The notes beneath the pieces were generated by a model that was given only the letters and a program-made list of their open reading frames with translations, did no database searches and had not been told where the DNA came from. Below are positions 44,981 through 54,905 of a stretch of 64,000 nucleotides of DNA, piece by piece. Source of the DNA: an uncultured Rhizobium sp. (lineage in GTDB: Bacteria; Pseudomonadota; Alphaproteobacteria; Rickettsiales; UBA1997). The position numbers and the translations under genes are program-made. Position 1 is the stretch's first letter. Each line of letters opens with the position of its first letter. Where the stretch lies: assembly GCA_964537735.1 (NCBI GenBank), contig CAZICL010000006.1, positions 64,989 through 128,988 of the forward strand, in the 5' to 3' direction.

Positions 44981-45557
44981 AAATTTTTTTCCACAAATTT
45001 TGGTCAAGAATTTTGAGACGAGTTTTGTTTTTGCGGGCAACTTCGATAAGTTCTAACCCGCTCGCCTCATAGATTATGGCTGTGTCAACAAGCTGCAGAT
45101 ATGTTTTTAAATTGCCAAGACCTCTGACAAATCTGCGACTAATAACCTTTGGTTCAATATTATGACCACCCTTACTTACTCGAGTCAAGACCCTTTGTTG
45201 GGCAAGTTCGGGAGTTTCTAATCTTAAGAAAAATAAATTTACCTGATATCCCAACTTTTGAGCACGTTTTATAAAATTGAGATAAATTTTAGCGGATAAA
45301 GTGGTCTCTAGGGCAAAACTGATTTTATTTTCGAGCAGAAATTCAATTTTATTAAGCATTAAACGTCCGGCTTCAATGGCTGATTTTTCAGGATTTTCTG
45401 GTGAAAGAATTTTAGCAATCTCATCGGCATTAATGAAAGTATTGCTGCTTAAAAAGTCGGGAAGCAAAGTCACGCGCGCATGAGAGCTTTTTCCGGCACC
45501 ATTCGGTCCGGCGATAACGTGAATCTGCGGATTATTTCCTAACATTTTTTTGCTCAC
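44973..45557 (-). CDS. zeta-toxin-like P-loop kinase (COG4185-type predicted ATPase)
   Basis: 194 aa. It has Walker A GPNGAGKSS plus FINADEIA, ETTLS and SKGGHNIEPKVISRRF. Its start overlaps the lon 3' end. Confidence 0.8.
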   Translation of the reverse strand: MSKKMLGNNPQIHVIAGPNGAGKSSHARVTLLPDFLSSNTFINADEIAKILSPENPEKSAIEAGRLMLNKIEFLLENKISFALETTLSAKIYLNFIKRAQKLGYQVNLFFLRLETPELAQQRVLTRVSKGGHNIEPKVISRRFVRGLGNLKTYLQLVDTAIIYEASGLELIEVARKNKTRLKILDQNLWKKIYA

Positions 45558-47883
45558 GTTTTTTGCTCACCAGGCATTCTTTCAACGCTTCGCCAATATG
45601 CATAATCGGTTTGATTGTTAAGCTTTCCAAAACTTCTTTGGGCATTTCGGCTAAATCTTTTTTGTTAGATTCTGGAATTAAAACGGTTTTGATGCCGCCG
45701 CGTAAAGCTGCTAGCAACTTTTCTTTTAGACCACCAATTTCAAGAACTTTACCAGTAAGTGTAATTTCTCCGGTCATGGCAATGTCTTTGCGAATTGCCA
45801 TACCACTGACGCAAGAGATTAAAGCAACACACAGAGCAACTCCGGCAGAGGGTCCATCTTTGGGAGTTGCGCCTTCGGGAACGTGAATATGGAAATCGTA
45901 TTTATTAAATTTTTTAGCTTCGATTTTAAATTCTTTGGCCACCGATCTGGCATAGCTTAATGCCGCTTGTGCTGATTCTTTCATCACTTCTCCAAGTCTG
46001 CCAGTGATTTGAATTTTACCGCTGCCTTCAAATTTCAACACTTCAATATCGAGTAAGTCACCACCAAAATCAGTATAAGCCAGACCAGTAGCAACGCCGA
46101 TTAAGTCACTTTCTTTGGCAATTCCGTAATGATGTTTTTCAACGCCGGAATATTGCTGAATATTTTTTTCGTTAATATGCAAAGCCTTAACTTTTCTGGT
46201 GACAATTTCTTTGGTGGCTTTGCGAGCCAGATTAGCGATCTCGCGGTTGAGATTACGCACTCCGGCCTCGAAAGTATATTTGCGGATTAAAGTCAAAATT
46301 GCTTCGTCGGAAATAGAAAATTCTTTGTCGTCAAGACCGTTTTCTAGGCGTTGTTTTTGGACCAAATGTTTTTTGGCTATTTGTAATTTTTCGCTTTCGG
46401 TATAACCGGAAAGTTTGATGATTTCCATGCGATCGCGCAGAGGAATAGGAATGCCGGTAATGTCGTTGGCAGTGGCGATAAACATCACTTTCGATAAATC
46501 ATAATCGAGCTCTAAATAATGATCGGAAAAAACTGAATTTTGTTCTGGATCAAGAACTTCTAGAAGTGCTGCTGAAGGATCGCCGCGGAAGTCGTTAGAC
46601 ATTTTATCAATTTCATCAAGCAACATTAAGGGATTGATGGTTTTGGCTTTGCGCATTGATTGAATGATGCGTCCGGGCATGGCGCCGATGTAAGTGCGGC
46701 GATGCCCACGAATTTCAGATTCATCACGTACGCCACCTAAAGAAACCTTAACATATTTGCGATTTAAGCTTTCGGCGATTGACTTAGCGAGAGAAGTTTT
46801 GCCCACGCCTGGAGCGCCGATAAGGCAAAGAATTGGGCCTTTTAGCGCGTTAGTTTTAATTTGTACGGCGATAAATTCTAAAATGCGGTCTTTAACTTTT
46901 GTTAAAGCAAAATGATGTTCGTCAAGAATTTTGGCGGCCTTGTTAAGGTTTTTTATAGCTTTGCTTTCTTCACTCCATGGCAGGGACACAATCCATTCCA
47001 GATAGTTTCTGACAACTCCAGACTCGGAAGAATAAGGGTTCATCTTCTCTAACTTAGCTAATTCAGTTTTGCATTTTGCTTCAACCAATTGTGGTAGTTT
47101 TAGTTGGGAAATTTTTTCTTTGAGTTCGTTGGTTTCGCTTTCTTCATCATGTCCCAACTCTTTTTTGATATTTTTGAGCTGTTCATTGAGATAAAATTCT
47201 TTGTGGTTTTTGGTAATTTTTTCTTGGATTGATTTATTGATGCGTACTTCAGCCTGCAGGATTTCCATCTCGGTTTTTAAGACTTCCAAAACTTTATAGA
47301 GTTTTTTAGTCAGGTCATCTTCTGCCAAAATTTCTTGTTTATCTTTTAAAAGGCCGTTGATTTGTGTGGCAATCAAATAGGCAATTTCATAAGGCGAGCG
47401 CAGTTTGATAATGGAGTTTAAAATTTCCGGTGTAACTTTCTTGCTGACTTCGGCATATTTGCTGAAGTTTTGGACACAGCTTTTGATCAATCCCAACATC
47501 TCTTTATTGTCGATGGCAAATCTTTGATTGATCAAAATATCAACCTCGCAGGTGAAAATTTCTTGTGAGGTGGGAATTCTTAAAATGCGTGCTCTGGTCA
47601 AACCTTGCAATATTACTTTAAGAGTGCCATCAGGAGTGCGGATTGATTCCAATATGCTGCATAATACTCCCACTGGGTAAACCGCTTTTGCATCAAATTC
47701 ATCATTATCAGAATTAATCTGTGTTACGGCGAATATTGGCAAATTAAGGCGTTTAGCTTCTTCAACGCCTTTGATTGATTTTTCGCGACCAACCAAAATT
47801 GTGGTGGTCATTTGTGGAAAAATCACTACATCGCGCAAAGGCAGTGCGCAAAAAATTTGCGATTGAATTTGATGTTCGGTCAT
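45532..47883 (-). CDS. lon: ATP-dependent Lon protease
   Basis: 783 aa. It has the LON N-domain, Walker A GAPGVGKTS and the protease motif DGPSAGVA. Confidence 0.97.
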   Translation of the reverse strand: MTEHQIQSQIFCALPLRDVVIFPQMTTTILVGREKSIKGVEEAKRLNLPIFAVTQINSDNDEFDAKAVYPVGVLCSILESIRTPDGTLKVILQGLTRARILRIPTSQEIFTCEVDILINQRFAIDNKEMLGLIKSCVQNFSKYAEVSKKVTPEILNSIIKLRSPYEIAYLIATQINGLLKDKQEILAEDDLTKKLYKVLEVLKTEMEILQAEVRINKSIQEKITKNHKEFYLNEQLKNIKKELGHDEESETNELKEKISQLKLPQLVEAKCKTELAKLEKMNPYSSESGVVRNYLEWIVSLPWSEESKAIKNLNKAAKILDEHHFALTKVKDRILEFIAVQIKTNALKGPILCLIGAPGVGKTSLAKSIAESLNRKYVKVSLGGVRDESEIRGHRRTYIGAMPGRIIQSMRKAKTINPLMLLDEIDKMSNDFRGDPSAALLEVLDPEQNSVFSDHYLELDYDLSKVMFIATANDITGIPIPLRDRMEIIKLSGYTESEKLQIAKKHLVQKQRLENGLDDKEFSISDEAILTLIRKYTFEAGVRNLNREIANLARKATKEIVTRKVKALHINEKNIQQYSGVEKHHYGIAKESDLIGVATGLAYTDFGGDLLDIEVLKFEGSGKIQITGRLGEVMKESAQAALSYARSVAKEFKIEAKKFNKYDFHIHVPEGATPKDGPSAGVALCVALISCVSGMAIRKDIAMTGEITLTGKVLEIGGLKEKLLAALRGGIKTVLIPESNKKDLAEMPKEVLESLTIKPIMHIGEALKECLVSKKREQKNVRK

Positions 47884-47949
47884 GATTGAAATTTGATGGA
47901 TTGCAAAAGATCTGCTACTGCTGATTTAGTAACGAAAAACAGAAATACA

Positions 47950-49245
47950 ATGAAGATAGAATTAGTTTTTACAATATTATGTGGCTTTGGTGCAAGCGTG
48001 TTTTTTTATTTTTTTGCCAAGTTTCGTACTGAAATTTTTGCTGCAAAAAATGAAAATAATATTTTGCGAATTGAGAAAGAAAAGATTGAGGAAAGGTTAA
48101 ATATTTTACAGCAAAAAAATCTCGATTTAGAAAAACAAAATGAAGCTTTAAATCAGGCTTCACAACAGGTGAAGATTGAAAAAGAACAATGGCAGCAAGA
48201 TAAAGAAGTGGCCTTGTTTAAGATGTCGGAAGAGTTGATGAAACGTAATATTGAGCAGCAAAATAAAATCAGTTTAAATCAGCAAGAAAACATTAAAAAA
48301 ATCACCGCCGAATTGTTCAAAGATTTTGAAAATGTTACGGCAAAAATCACTGCTCTTAATGGCGATGTAAAAAAATCGGTTGATGAAAGCAACTTGCTTA
48401 AAAATGCTTTATTAGCTCCTGGTTCCGCTGGCAGAACTGCGGAGATTACTTTGGAAAATATTTTGAAGAATTCGGGACTGAAAGAAAAATCTAATTTGAA
48501 TGCAGTGGGTGATTATATTTTACAGTCCCATTTCGGTGGTATTAGTGCGGTTGGCGAGCAAGAATCTAAAAGGCCGGATGTTATTGTATTCTTCCCTAAT
48601 GACCAGATTGCAGTTGTTGATAGCAAGTCTTCGCCACATTTTTTGGAGCTGGAACAGGCAAAAAAAAATGGTGATATTGAAGGTGAAAAAATTATCCGTG
48701 GAAAAATTAAGGATTCTTTCAGGAGGCATCTTGAGAGCTTGAAACGCAAAGACTATACTAAATTTTTATTTGAAGAATTGCGTAGTAAAAATCGCAGTGA
48801 TTACAAGATTATCGTCATTATGTTTTTACAGACTGAAAAAATGTTAGAGGTGATTTGTGATAATGATGAAGGTTTTGTGCAGAAGGCTTTGGAGAGTGGC
48901 GTTTTGGTTTTAACTCCGGTGGGGATGATAAATTTTTTATCGCAGGCACGATTTGTGATTGATCGGGTGAAGCAGGAAAAAAATGTCGAAGATCTAAAAA
49001 TTCAGCTGCGCAAATTGCTTGATAATATTGCGGTGATTTTCAAAGAGTCGAAAGAAATGGGAAAATCTCTGAATAAAGCCATGAGCTCTTACAGCAAGAT
49101 GACAAAAAATCTTAATCGTGGTGTTTATTCAGCGGTAAAAAATATTTCTGATTTGGGAATTGAAGGCAAGAAATCTGCTGATTTGAAGATGTTGGAAGAA
49201 TATGAGAATGGCGAAGAAGACGCGGAAAATGATGCTTCTAGTTAG
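47950..49245 (+). CDS. rmuC: DNA recombination protein RmuC
   Basis: It has an N-terminal transmembrane helix, a long coiled coil and the RmuC nuclease-like core RPDVIVFFPNDQIAVVDSKSS. The ATG at 47950 is preferred. Confidence 0.88.
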   Translation: MKIELVFTILCGFGASVFFYFFAKFRTEIFAAKNENNILRIEKEKIEERLNILQQKNLDLEKQNEALNQASQQVKIEKEQWQQDKEVALFKMSEELMKRNIEQQNKISLNQQENIKKITAELFKDFENVTAKITALNGDVKKSVDESNLLKNALLAPGSAGRTAEITLENILKNSGLKEKSNLNAVGDYILQSHFGGISAVGEQESKRPDVIVFFPNDQIAVVDSKSSPHFLELEQAKKNGDIEGEKIIRGKIKDSFRRHLESLKRKDYTKFLFEELRSKNRSDYKIIVIMFLQTEKMLEVICDNDEGFVQKALESGVLVLTPVGMINFLSQARFVIDRVKQEKNVEDLKIQLRKLLDNIAVIFKESKEMGKSLNKAMSSYSKMTKNLNRGVYSAVKNISDLGIEGKKSADLKMLEEYENGEEDAENDASS

Positions 49246-49255
49246 AGCACTTCTT

Positions 49256-50380
49256 TCAAACCTTTAAATCGAGATTCTTATTAGCATCAACATTCAGCAC
49301 CAAACCAAATCCAATCAGCATCGAAGCAGTGATGGTGCCACCATATGAAATAAGTGGCAAAGGTGCTCCCACAACTGGAATCAAGCCCATTCCCATTCCC
49401 ATATTGATGAACATATGGATGAAAAAAATATTGATTACTCCCATCACCAATAAGCGGCCATATTGGTGTTTGGTGTTGGTAGCGATAGAAATTCCAATAG
49501 CGATAATGGCAGAGTATATTGCGATGGTGCAGAAGCTGCCGATAAAGCCCAGCTCCTCAGAAAGCATGGTAAAAATAAAGTCAGTTTGTTTTTCTGGCAA
49601 AAAGTTTAACTGGCCTTGAGTGCCTTGCAGATAGCCTTTGCCAAACAAACCGCCAGAACCAATGGCAATTTTAGATTGGATGATGTTGTAGCCGCTGCCT
49701 AAAGGATCATTGGCTGGATTGAGGAAGGTTAAGATGCGTTGTTTTTGATAGTCGTAGAGAACAAAAATCCACAAAAATGGAATAGCAGCTAAGCCGCCAA
49801 TGCCAACAATAATGAATTTCCACACTTTTACTCCGGCTAAAAATAAAATCGAAATTCCCACTAAAGTTAATATGGTCGCAGTTCCAAGATCTGGTTGATA
49901 AAAAATAAAAAATGCCGGCACAGCAATCAGTAAAATTGGAACGATAATATATTTTATTTTGCCGATATTATCGGCCTCAGTGTTATAGAAATAACGCGCT
50001 AAAGCAAAGACAGTGCAGACTTTCATGATTTCCGAAGGTTGCACGGTCAACCAACCGATGCGAAACCATCTGGTTGCTCCCATGGCATTATGACCCATAA
50101 CATCAACAACAATAACCATTCCAAGAGCGATGGCGTAGAATATGTAGGATAATTTAAACCAAATTCTGATGTCGGTGATGGCAATAAAAATCATCACTAA
50201 AAAAAATACTGAGAAAAAGGCCAATTGTTTGATCAGCCAAGGTCTGAAACTGCCACCGCCAGCAGAATAAAGCATTAAAAAACCTATTGTGGCCAAGACT
50301 AGAATTAACGAAATCAATAGCCAATTTAGCTGTTCCAGCTTTTGTGACAGGGGTATTTTTTCTCGATCAATGAGAGTCAT
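49256..50380 (-). CDS. rodA: rod shape-determining protein RodA (SEDS family)
   Basis: 374 aa and polytopic, with the SEDS motifs QPSE..K, LPE..TDFIF and PLPLISYGGT. Confidence 0.9.
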   Translation of the reverse strand: MTLIDREKIPLSQKLEQLNWLLISLILVLATIGFLMLYSAGGGSFRPWLIKQLAFFSVFFLVMIFIAITDIRIWFKLSYIFYAIALGMVIVVDVMGHNAMGATRWFRIGWLTVQPSEIMKVCTVFALARYFYNTEADNIGKIKYIIVPILLIAVPAFFIFYQPDLGTATILTLVGISILFLAGVKVWKFIIVGIGGLAAIPFLWIFVLYDYQKQRILTFLNPANDPLGSGYNIIQSKIAIGSGGLFGKGYLQGTQGQLNFLPEKQTDFIFTMLSEELGFIGSFCTIAIYSAIIAIGISIATNTKHQYGRLLVMGVINIFFIHMFINMGMGMGLIPVVGAPLPLISYGGTITASMLIGFGLVLNVDANKNLDLKV

Positions 50381-50592
50381 ATTTGAACAGTTTCTTGGAA
50401 GGTAATAATGCTTGAGAAGGCTTGATATAAGCTGAAGGAGGGCAGATTAAAACAACTTGATATTATTATTCAAGATAATTACTTTTGTGGTGAAATTAGT
50501 TTGCAGATTATAAAAAATCGCCCAAGAAATTGCCAAAAATTTGCTCTTACACAAAAATCTTAAAAACCCTGTTTAGCCCTTAATTTTCCAGC

Positions 50593-51249
50593 ATGTCAGA
50601 AGCAGAAAAAGCAAGCAAAAAAACTAAAATTAGAATTAAAAGCTGGTACTCGAATCGCTATCAGATTGTTGTGGTACAGCGCAATATACTCCTGCTCTTC
50701 ACACTGGTGTCCATGCTTGCCGTTGCTGTTGCCGTTCTTTTTGTAAAAAACATTATGGCATCCAAATCGCTGGAACCCTATGTAATCGAGGTTGAAAGCA
50801 AAACCGGTATTGCCACAACTGTTAATCAACTGACTGCTCAAAACTTTACTGGCGACCAAATTATCCGTCGCTACTTTATTAATTCCTTCATTCAGTCAGC
50901 TAGCGGTTACGATCCAAAAACTTATAAACAAGATGTTGAAAAAGTGCGTTTATCATCAACTCCTGATGTTTATAATGATTTCCGTAATCGTATTAATCCC
51001 AGAGCTTTGGGTACTGATTCAAAAATTGAAATTAGAATAAAATCAGTGCAATTTACCGATGCCAATACGGCTCATATCCGTGTTTTAAGAGTTATTACCA
51101 TTGGTGCTAGCACAACATCAAAAGATGAAATAATTACTATGAACTTTTTCTTTACTGACCTGAATCTGACGATGGAAGAAAGACTGATTAATCCACTTGG
51201 ATTTCAAGTTAGTAAATACGCAATCGCGGATGAAGTTTTCAGCTATTGA
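50593..51249 (+). CDS. virB8: type IV secretion system protein VirB8
   Basis: 218 aa. It has a single transmembrane segment after SWYSNRY and a periplasmic NTF2-like domain ending NPLGFQVSKY. Confidence 0.88.
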   Translation: MSEAEKASKKTKIRIKSWYSNRYQIVVVQRNILLLFTLVSMLAVAVAVLFVKNIMASKSLEPYVIEVESKTGIATTVNQLTAQNFTGDQIIRRYFINSFIQSASGYDPKTYKQDVEKVRLSSTPDVYNDFRNRINPRALGTDSKIEIRIKSVQFTDANTAHIRVLRVITIGASTTSKDEIITMNFFFTDLNLTMEERLINPLGFQVSKYAIADEVFSY

Positions 51250-52169
51250 TGATTTTGTCTTTTTTCAACTTCGCTAAAATAATGAAACCAACTGAGTTTT
51301 TAAAATTTTTAGGCAAATTTCCGGGCGGCATTTTGGCGAAATTTCTCCTGTTCTTCTATTTCTTTGTTGCCGGTAATATTGCTGCGTTTGCGCAATACGC
51401 GAATCCTGTGACTACGGATTCTAGAATTAGAACTTTGGTCTATAATCCCAATGAAGTTTACGAGTTAAAATTTTATTACGGCTATCAATCTTTCCTCGAA
51501 TTTGCTGAAGATGAAGAAATAGAGATGATTTCTATCGGTGAAGCTTTTGCTTGGCGCTTAACACCTGCCGGAAAAAGACTGTTTATCCGTCCGCTGGAAA
51601 TTGCTGGTCACACTAATATGACGATTATCAGCAATAAGAGAACCTACCATTTTGATATAAGATCAGGCGAATATGACGGTAAAGCTGATGAAGAATTGGT
51701 TTATACCATTAGGTTCTTTTATCCCCAAATTGGTCAACCTTTGCCGATCCCGCAAATATTGACTGTGCCAAATCCAGCGCCACCACCCTCTCTTAATAAA
51801 ACTATAATTAAAACTCCCTTTCCAGGAGCGAATGTCGGAGAGGAGTTACCAAATCTGATTGCCAGAAATTTGGAAAATAATGAGTTAAATTTTGATTTTA
51901 GTTTGGCGGGAAAGGCGGATAACATCAACCCTTTGAAAGTATATGACGATAATAAAGATACTTTTTTCCAGTTTCCTAACGAAAACCTAGCTATTCCAAC
52001 CATCAGTTTGGTTGACAATCGTGGTAATGAACAGCCTCTGAGCTATATCATTCGTGATAGTTTTGTAGTTGTGCCAGTGACTGGAAGGCAATTTACTTTA
52101 AGGTCGGGCAATTCGTTGCTTTGTGTTTACAACAATAAAATGATTGGTTCTGCGGCTAGGAGGAGATAG
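51249..52169 (+). CDS. virB9: type IV secretion system protein VirB9
   Basis: It has a signal peptide (...AAFAQ), an N-terminal VirB9 domain (IRTLVYNPNEVYEL...TNMTIISNKRTYHFDI), a Pro-rich linker and a C-terminal beta domain. The start is coupled to the virB8 stop. Confidence 0.88.
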   Translation: MILSFFNFAKIMKPTEFLKFLGKFPGGILAKFLLFFYFFVAGNIAAFAQYANPVTTDSRIRTLVYNPNEVYELKFYYGYQSFLEFAEDEEIEMISIGEAFAWRLTPAGKRLFIRPLEIAGHTNMTIISNKRTYHFDIRSGEYDGKADEELVYTIRFFYPQIGQPLPIPQILTVPNPAPPPSLNKTIIKTPFPGANVGEELPNLIARNLENNELNFDFSLAGKADNINPLKVYDDNKDTFFQFPNENLAIPTISLVDNRGNEQPLSYIIRDSFVVVPVTGRQFTLRSGNSLLCVYNNKMIGSAARRR

Positions 52170-52779
52170 TCAAAATTAATTTGTCCTGAAAAACTTCATA
52201 TTTTTTCAGACGTTTTAAGAAGCTCATTCCAAGTAATGAAATGCCCATATTACCACTGTTGATTGAAGCTGGCAGATTGATGAATTTTACTCCGGCAATC
52301 TCAACTTTCTCAAGAGTTACTGACGCTCCAAAAGATGTGCCATTGGCAGTTTGGTAACGTTTGTTAAAATTCAGATTAGTAGTGTTAATGCCAATTTTTG
52401 CAGCATCAGTTAAATTAAGAGCAATATCACTGGCGCCGGTATCAATCATAAAACGTACGGCAGCGCCATTAATTTTGGTATCAACGTAAAAATGTCCATC
52501 TTCGGATGCGCGAATTATTATTTGCTGATTTTGGTTAATTTGTGCGGCAGCGGGATTTAGTTCGCTATAAATACGCTTCTTCAAATCGGCAAATTCATAA
52601 CGATAGCTGTAAAGACCAACTAAGAACAAAATAGTGGCTGACCAAATTGCCAAATATTTTAAAACTTTGCCGAAAGAAAATTCACGACGTGTTGATAAGC
52701 TTATAATCAGAATAATCAGTAGTAGTGCAGAATAGCTGAAACTTTGCCAATCTGACGATGAAAAATTACTAAAATCCAT
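52156..52779 (-). CDS. membrane-anchored retropepsin-like (clan AA, TIGR02281-type) aspartic protease
   Basis: 207 aa with two N-terminal transmembrane segments and the active-site motif FMIDTGASDIAL. Confidence 0.8.
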   Translation of the reverse strand: MDFSNFSSSDWQSFSYSALLLIILIISLSTRREFSFGKVLKYLAIWSATILFLVGLYSYRYEFADLKKRIYSELNPAAAQINQNQQIIIRASEDGHFYVDTKINGAAVRFMIDTGASDIALNLTDAAKIGINTTNLNFNKRYQTANGTSFGASVTLEKVEIAGVKFINLPASINSGNMGISLLGMSFLKRLKKYEVFQDKLILTISS

Positions 52780-53867
52780 TAGGCTTGATGTTCAAATTTT
52801 TTTAAAACTTCTAGAACTTGTGTATTTTCTGCTTCATTGCCAATCGTCATGCGCAAACATTTTTCTAGGCCGTAAGCTTGCATTTCACGTAAAATTATTC
52901 CTTCTGCAAGCAACATTTCGTTGGCTTTTTTACAAAGTTCGGCACTGCCAAAATCAAGTAAAATAAAATTGGCAATTGATGGATGGGCTTTGATTTGTGG
53001 AATATGAGAAAATTCTGCAAAGAAAATTTCTAACCACTTTTTATTATGCTCCTTGGATTTGATAAAAAATTCATCATCTTCTAAAGCGGCAGCAGCAGCG
53101 AATTGAGCAGGTCCGCCAACATTAAAGGGACCGCGTATTTTATTTAAAATTTCAGCAATTTCCAAAGAACTATAGCACCAGCCGATACGCAAGCTGGCAA
53201 GTCCATAAATTTTTGAAAAGGTGCGTGTTACCACAACATTTTTATGCTGATTAACAAGTTCGAGAGCGTTTGGATAATCGGCAACGTCAACAAATTCCTC
53301 ATAAGCGTGATCAAGTACAATCAAAACGGTTTTTGGTGTGGCGCTGATTAATTTGTCAATTTCAGATTTAGTTAAATAAGAGCCGGTAGGATTATTGGGG
53401 TTGGCGATAAAGATAATTTTGGTTTTGGTGGTGATGGCTGCCAAAATTGCGTCGATATCTGTTCTAAGGTTTTTTTCCTTAACTTTTACAGCTTTTGCTC
53501 CAACACGTTTGGCAGAAATGGGATACATTAAGAATCCATGTTCACTGTAAATAATTTCATCATCAATTCCGGTGAAGGCTGCAGTTAAGAATGCCAGAAT
53601 CTCGTCGGAACCTGCACCACACACTATTTGTTCAATATCGATATTATTCTTGGTGGCTAATGCTTGACGTAAAATTGTACAAGAACCATCGGCGTAGCGC
53701 ATAACATCTGCAGCATGATCTTTGAAGGCCGATAGTGCTTTGGGGCTTGATCCCAGAGCATTTTCATTGGAAGAAAGTTTGATGATTGATTTCTTATCGC
53801 CAATTTTTGTTTTGCCAGGTTTGTAATTGTCAATTTCCAGAAGGAATGGATGTGCTTTAGGTTGCAT
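52779..53867 (-). CDS. hisC: histidinol-phosphate aminotransferase family (class II PLP aminotransferase)
   Basis: 362 aa with the motifs LSSNENALG, NPNNPTG and the PLP-Lys context RTFSKIYGLASLRIGW. Confidence 0.88.
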   Translation of the reverse strand: MQPKAHPFLLEIDNYKPGKTKIGDKKSIIKLSSNENALGSSPKALSAFKDHAADVMRYADGSCTILRQALATKNNIDIEQIVCGAGSDEILAFLTAAFTGIDDEIIYSEHGFLMYPISAKRVGAKAVKVKEKNLRTDIDAILAAITTKTKIIFIANPNNPTGSYLTKSEIDKLISATPKTVLIVLDHAYEEFVDVADYPNALELVNQHKNVVVTRTFSKIYGLASLRIGWCYSSLEIAEILNKIRGPFNVGGPAQFAAAAALEDDEFFIKSKEHNKKWLEIFFAEFSHIPQIKAHPSIANFILLDFGSAELCKKANEMLLAEGIILREMQAYGLEKCLRMTIGNEAENTQVLEVLKKFEHQA

Positions 53868-53881
53868 TTGAATATAATTAT

Positions 53882-54808
53882 TTAGGTAGCTTTGGTATAT
53901 TTTAAATTCTGGATTAGTTGCTGCAATTTATCTAAATCGGCAAATTTTATTACAATTTTTCCGCTATTCTTAAAAGAATTATAAGAAATTTTGCTATCCA
54001 TTTCTATGGCTGCGGATAATTCATTTTGTAGCTCAAGTAGATATTCACTATTGATAAATTTTATTTTTGACTCGGTGCGTAGTAAAACTGGAGTAGTCTT
54101 AGCCTTTTCAACTTTTTCGTCACGTACTAACTCCTCAACATCACGCACGCTTAGAGAATCATTAACAATTCTATGAGCTAGTTTTTCAGGGTGGTTGGAA
54201 TTAATAATGGCACGAGCATGACCCATTGAAATTAATTTTTGGTCAAGAAAGTCGCGCACTGTTTGTGGTAAAGTTAAAAGGCGCAAAAGATTGGTAATAT
54301 GACTTCTGCTTTTGCCAATTCTTTTGGCAACTTGATCCTGAGTATAAGAAAATTCTTGAAGCAACTGTTTATAGCCGGCGGCCTCTTCAATTAAAGAAAG
54401 GTCTGTTCGTTGAACATTTTCAATAATAGCTAATTCTAGGGCTTCGTGATTATTTATTTTTTTAACAATCGCTGGGATTTCGTTAAGTCCAGCTAGTTTT
54501 ACAGCGCGAAATCTTCTTTCTCCGGCGATAATTTCGTAGTGATCATCTTCATCAGCTTTGCGTAAAATAATTGGTTGAATTAGGCCATTTTCTTTAATGG
54601 AATCAGACAGTTCTTGTAGTTGCTCTTGATCAAAATTTTTTCTTGGTTGGTAAATTCCAGCACTAATTTTATCAAGTTGAATAAGCTTGACGGAATCATT
54701 GTTAGTTCTTGTGTAGTCGCTTAAATCATTGCCTTTGTTTTTACTCTCTCCGAGTAAAGCTGACAGACCTTTTCCTAATTTTTTATCTTGTAAGTTTAGT
54801 TCTTTCAT
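53882..54808 (-). CDS. parB: chromosome partitioning protein ParB
   Basis: 308 aa with the ParB box IIAGERRFRA and a helix-turn-helix LTQDQVAKRIGKSRSHITN. Confidence 0.93.
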   Translation of the reverse strand: MKELNLQDKKLGKGLSALLGESKNKGNDLSDYTRTNNDSVKLIQLDKISAGIYQPRKNFDQEQLQELSDSIKENGLIQPIILRKADEDDHYEIIAGERRFRAVKLAGLNEIPAIVKKINNHEALELAIIENVQRTDLSLIEEAAGYKQLLQEFSYTQDQVAKRIGKSRSHITNLLRLLTLPQTVRDFLDQKLISMGHARAIINSNHPEKLAHRIVNDSLSVRDVEELVRDEKVEKAKTTPVLLRTESKIKFINSEYLLELQNELSAAIEMDSKISYNSFKNSGKIVIKFADLDKLQQLIQNLKYTKAT

Positions 54809-54817
54809 TTTTCTCCA

Positions 54818-54833
54818 TGTTTCATGTGAAACA
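54818..54833. promoter_or_regulatory. parS-like site (tgtttcaTgtgaaaca)
   Basis: It has one mismatch to the canonical TGTTTCACGTGAAACA and lies in the parA-parB spacer. Confidence 0.65.
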
Positions 54834-54905
54834 AAATATGATTATTAATAAATGAGTTCTAATAAAAACTCCCCTAGCACAGTCTCATAAGATGTTGAGC
54901 TGGAT

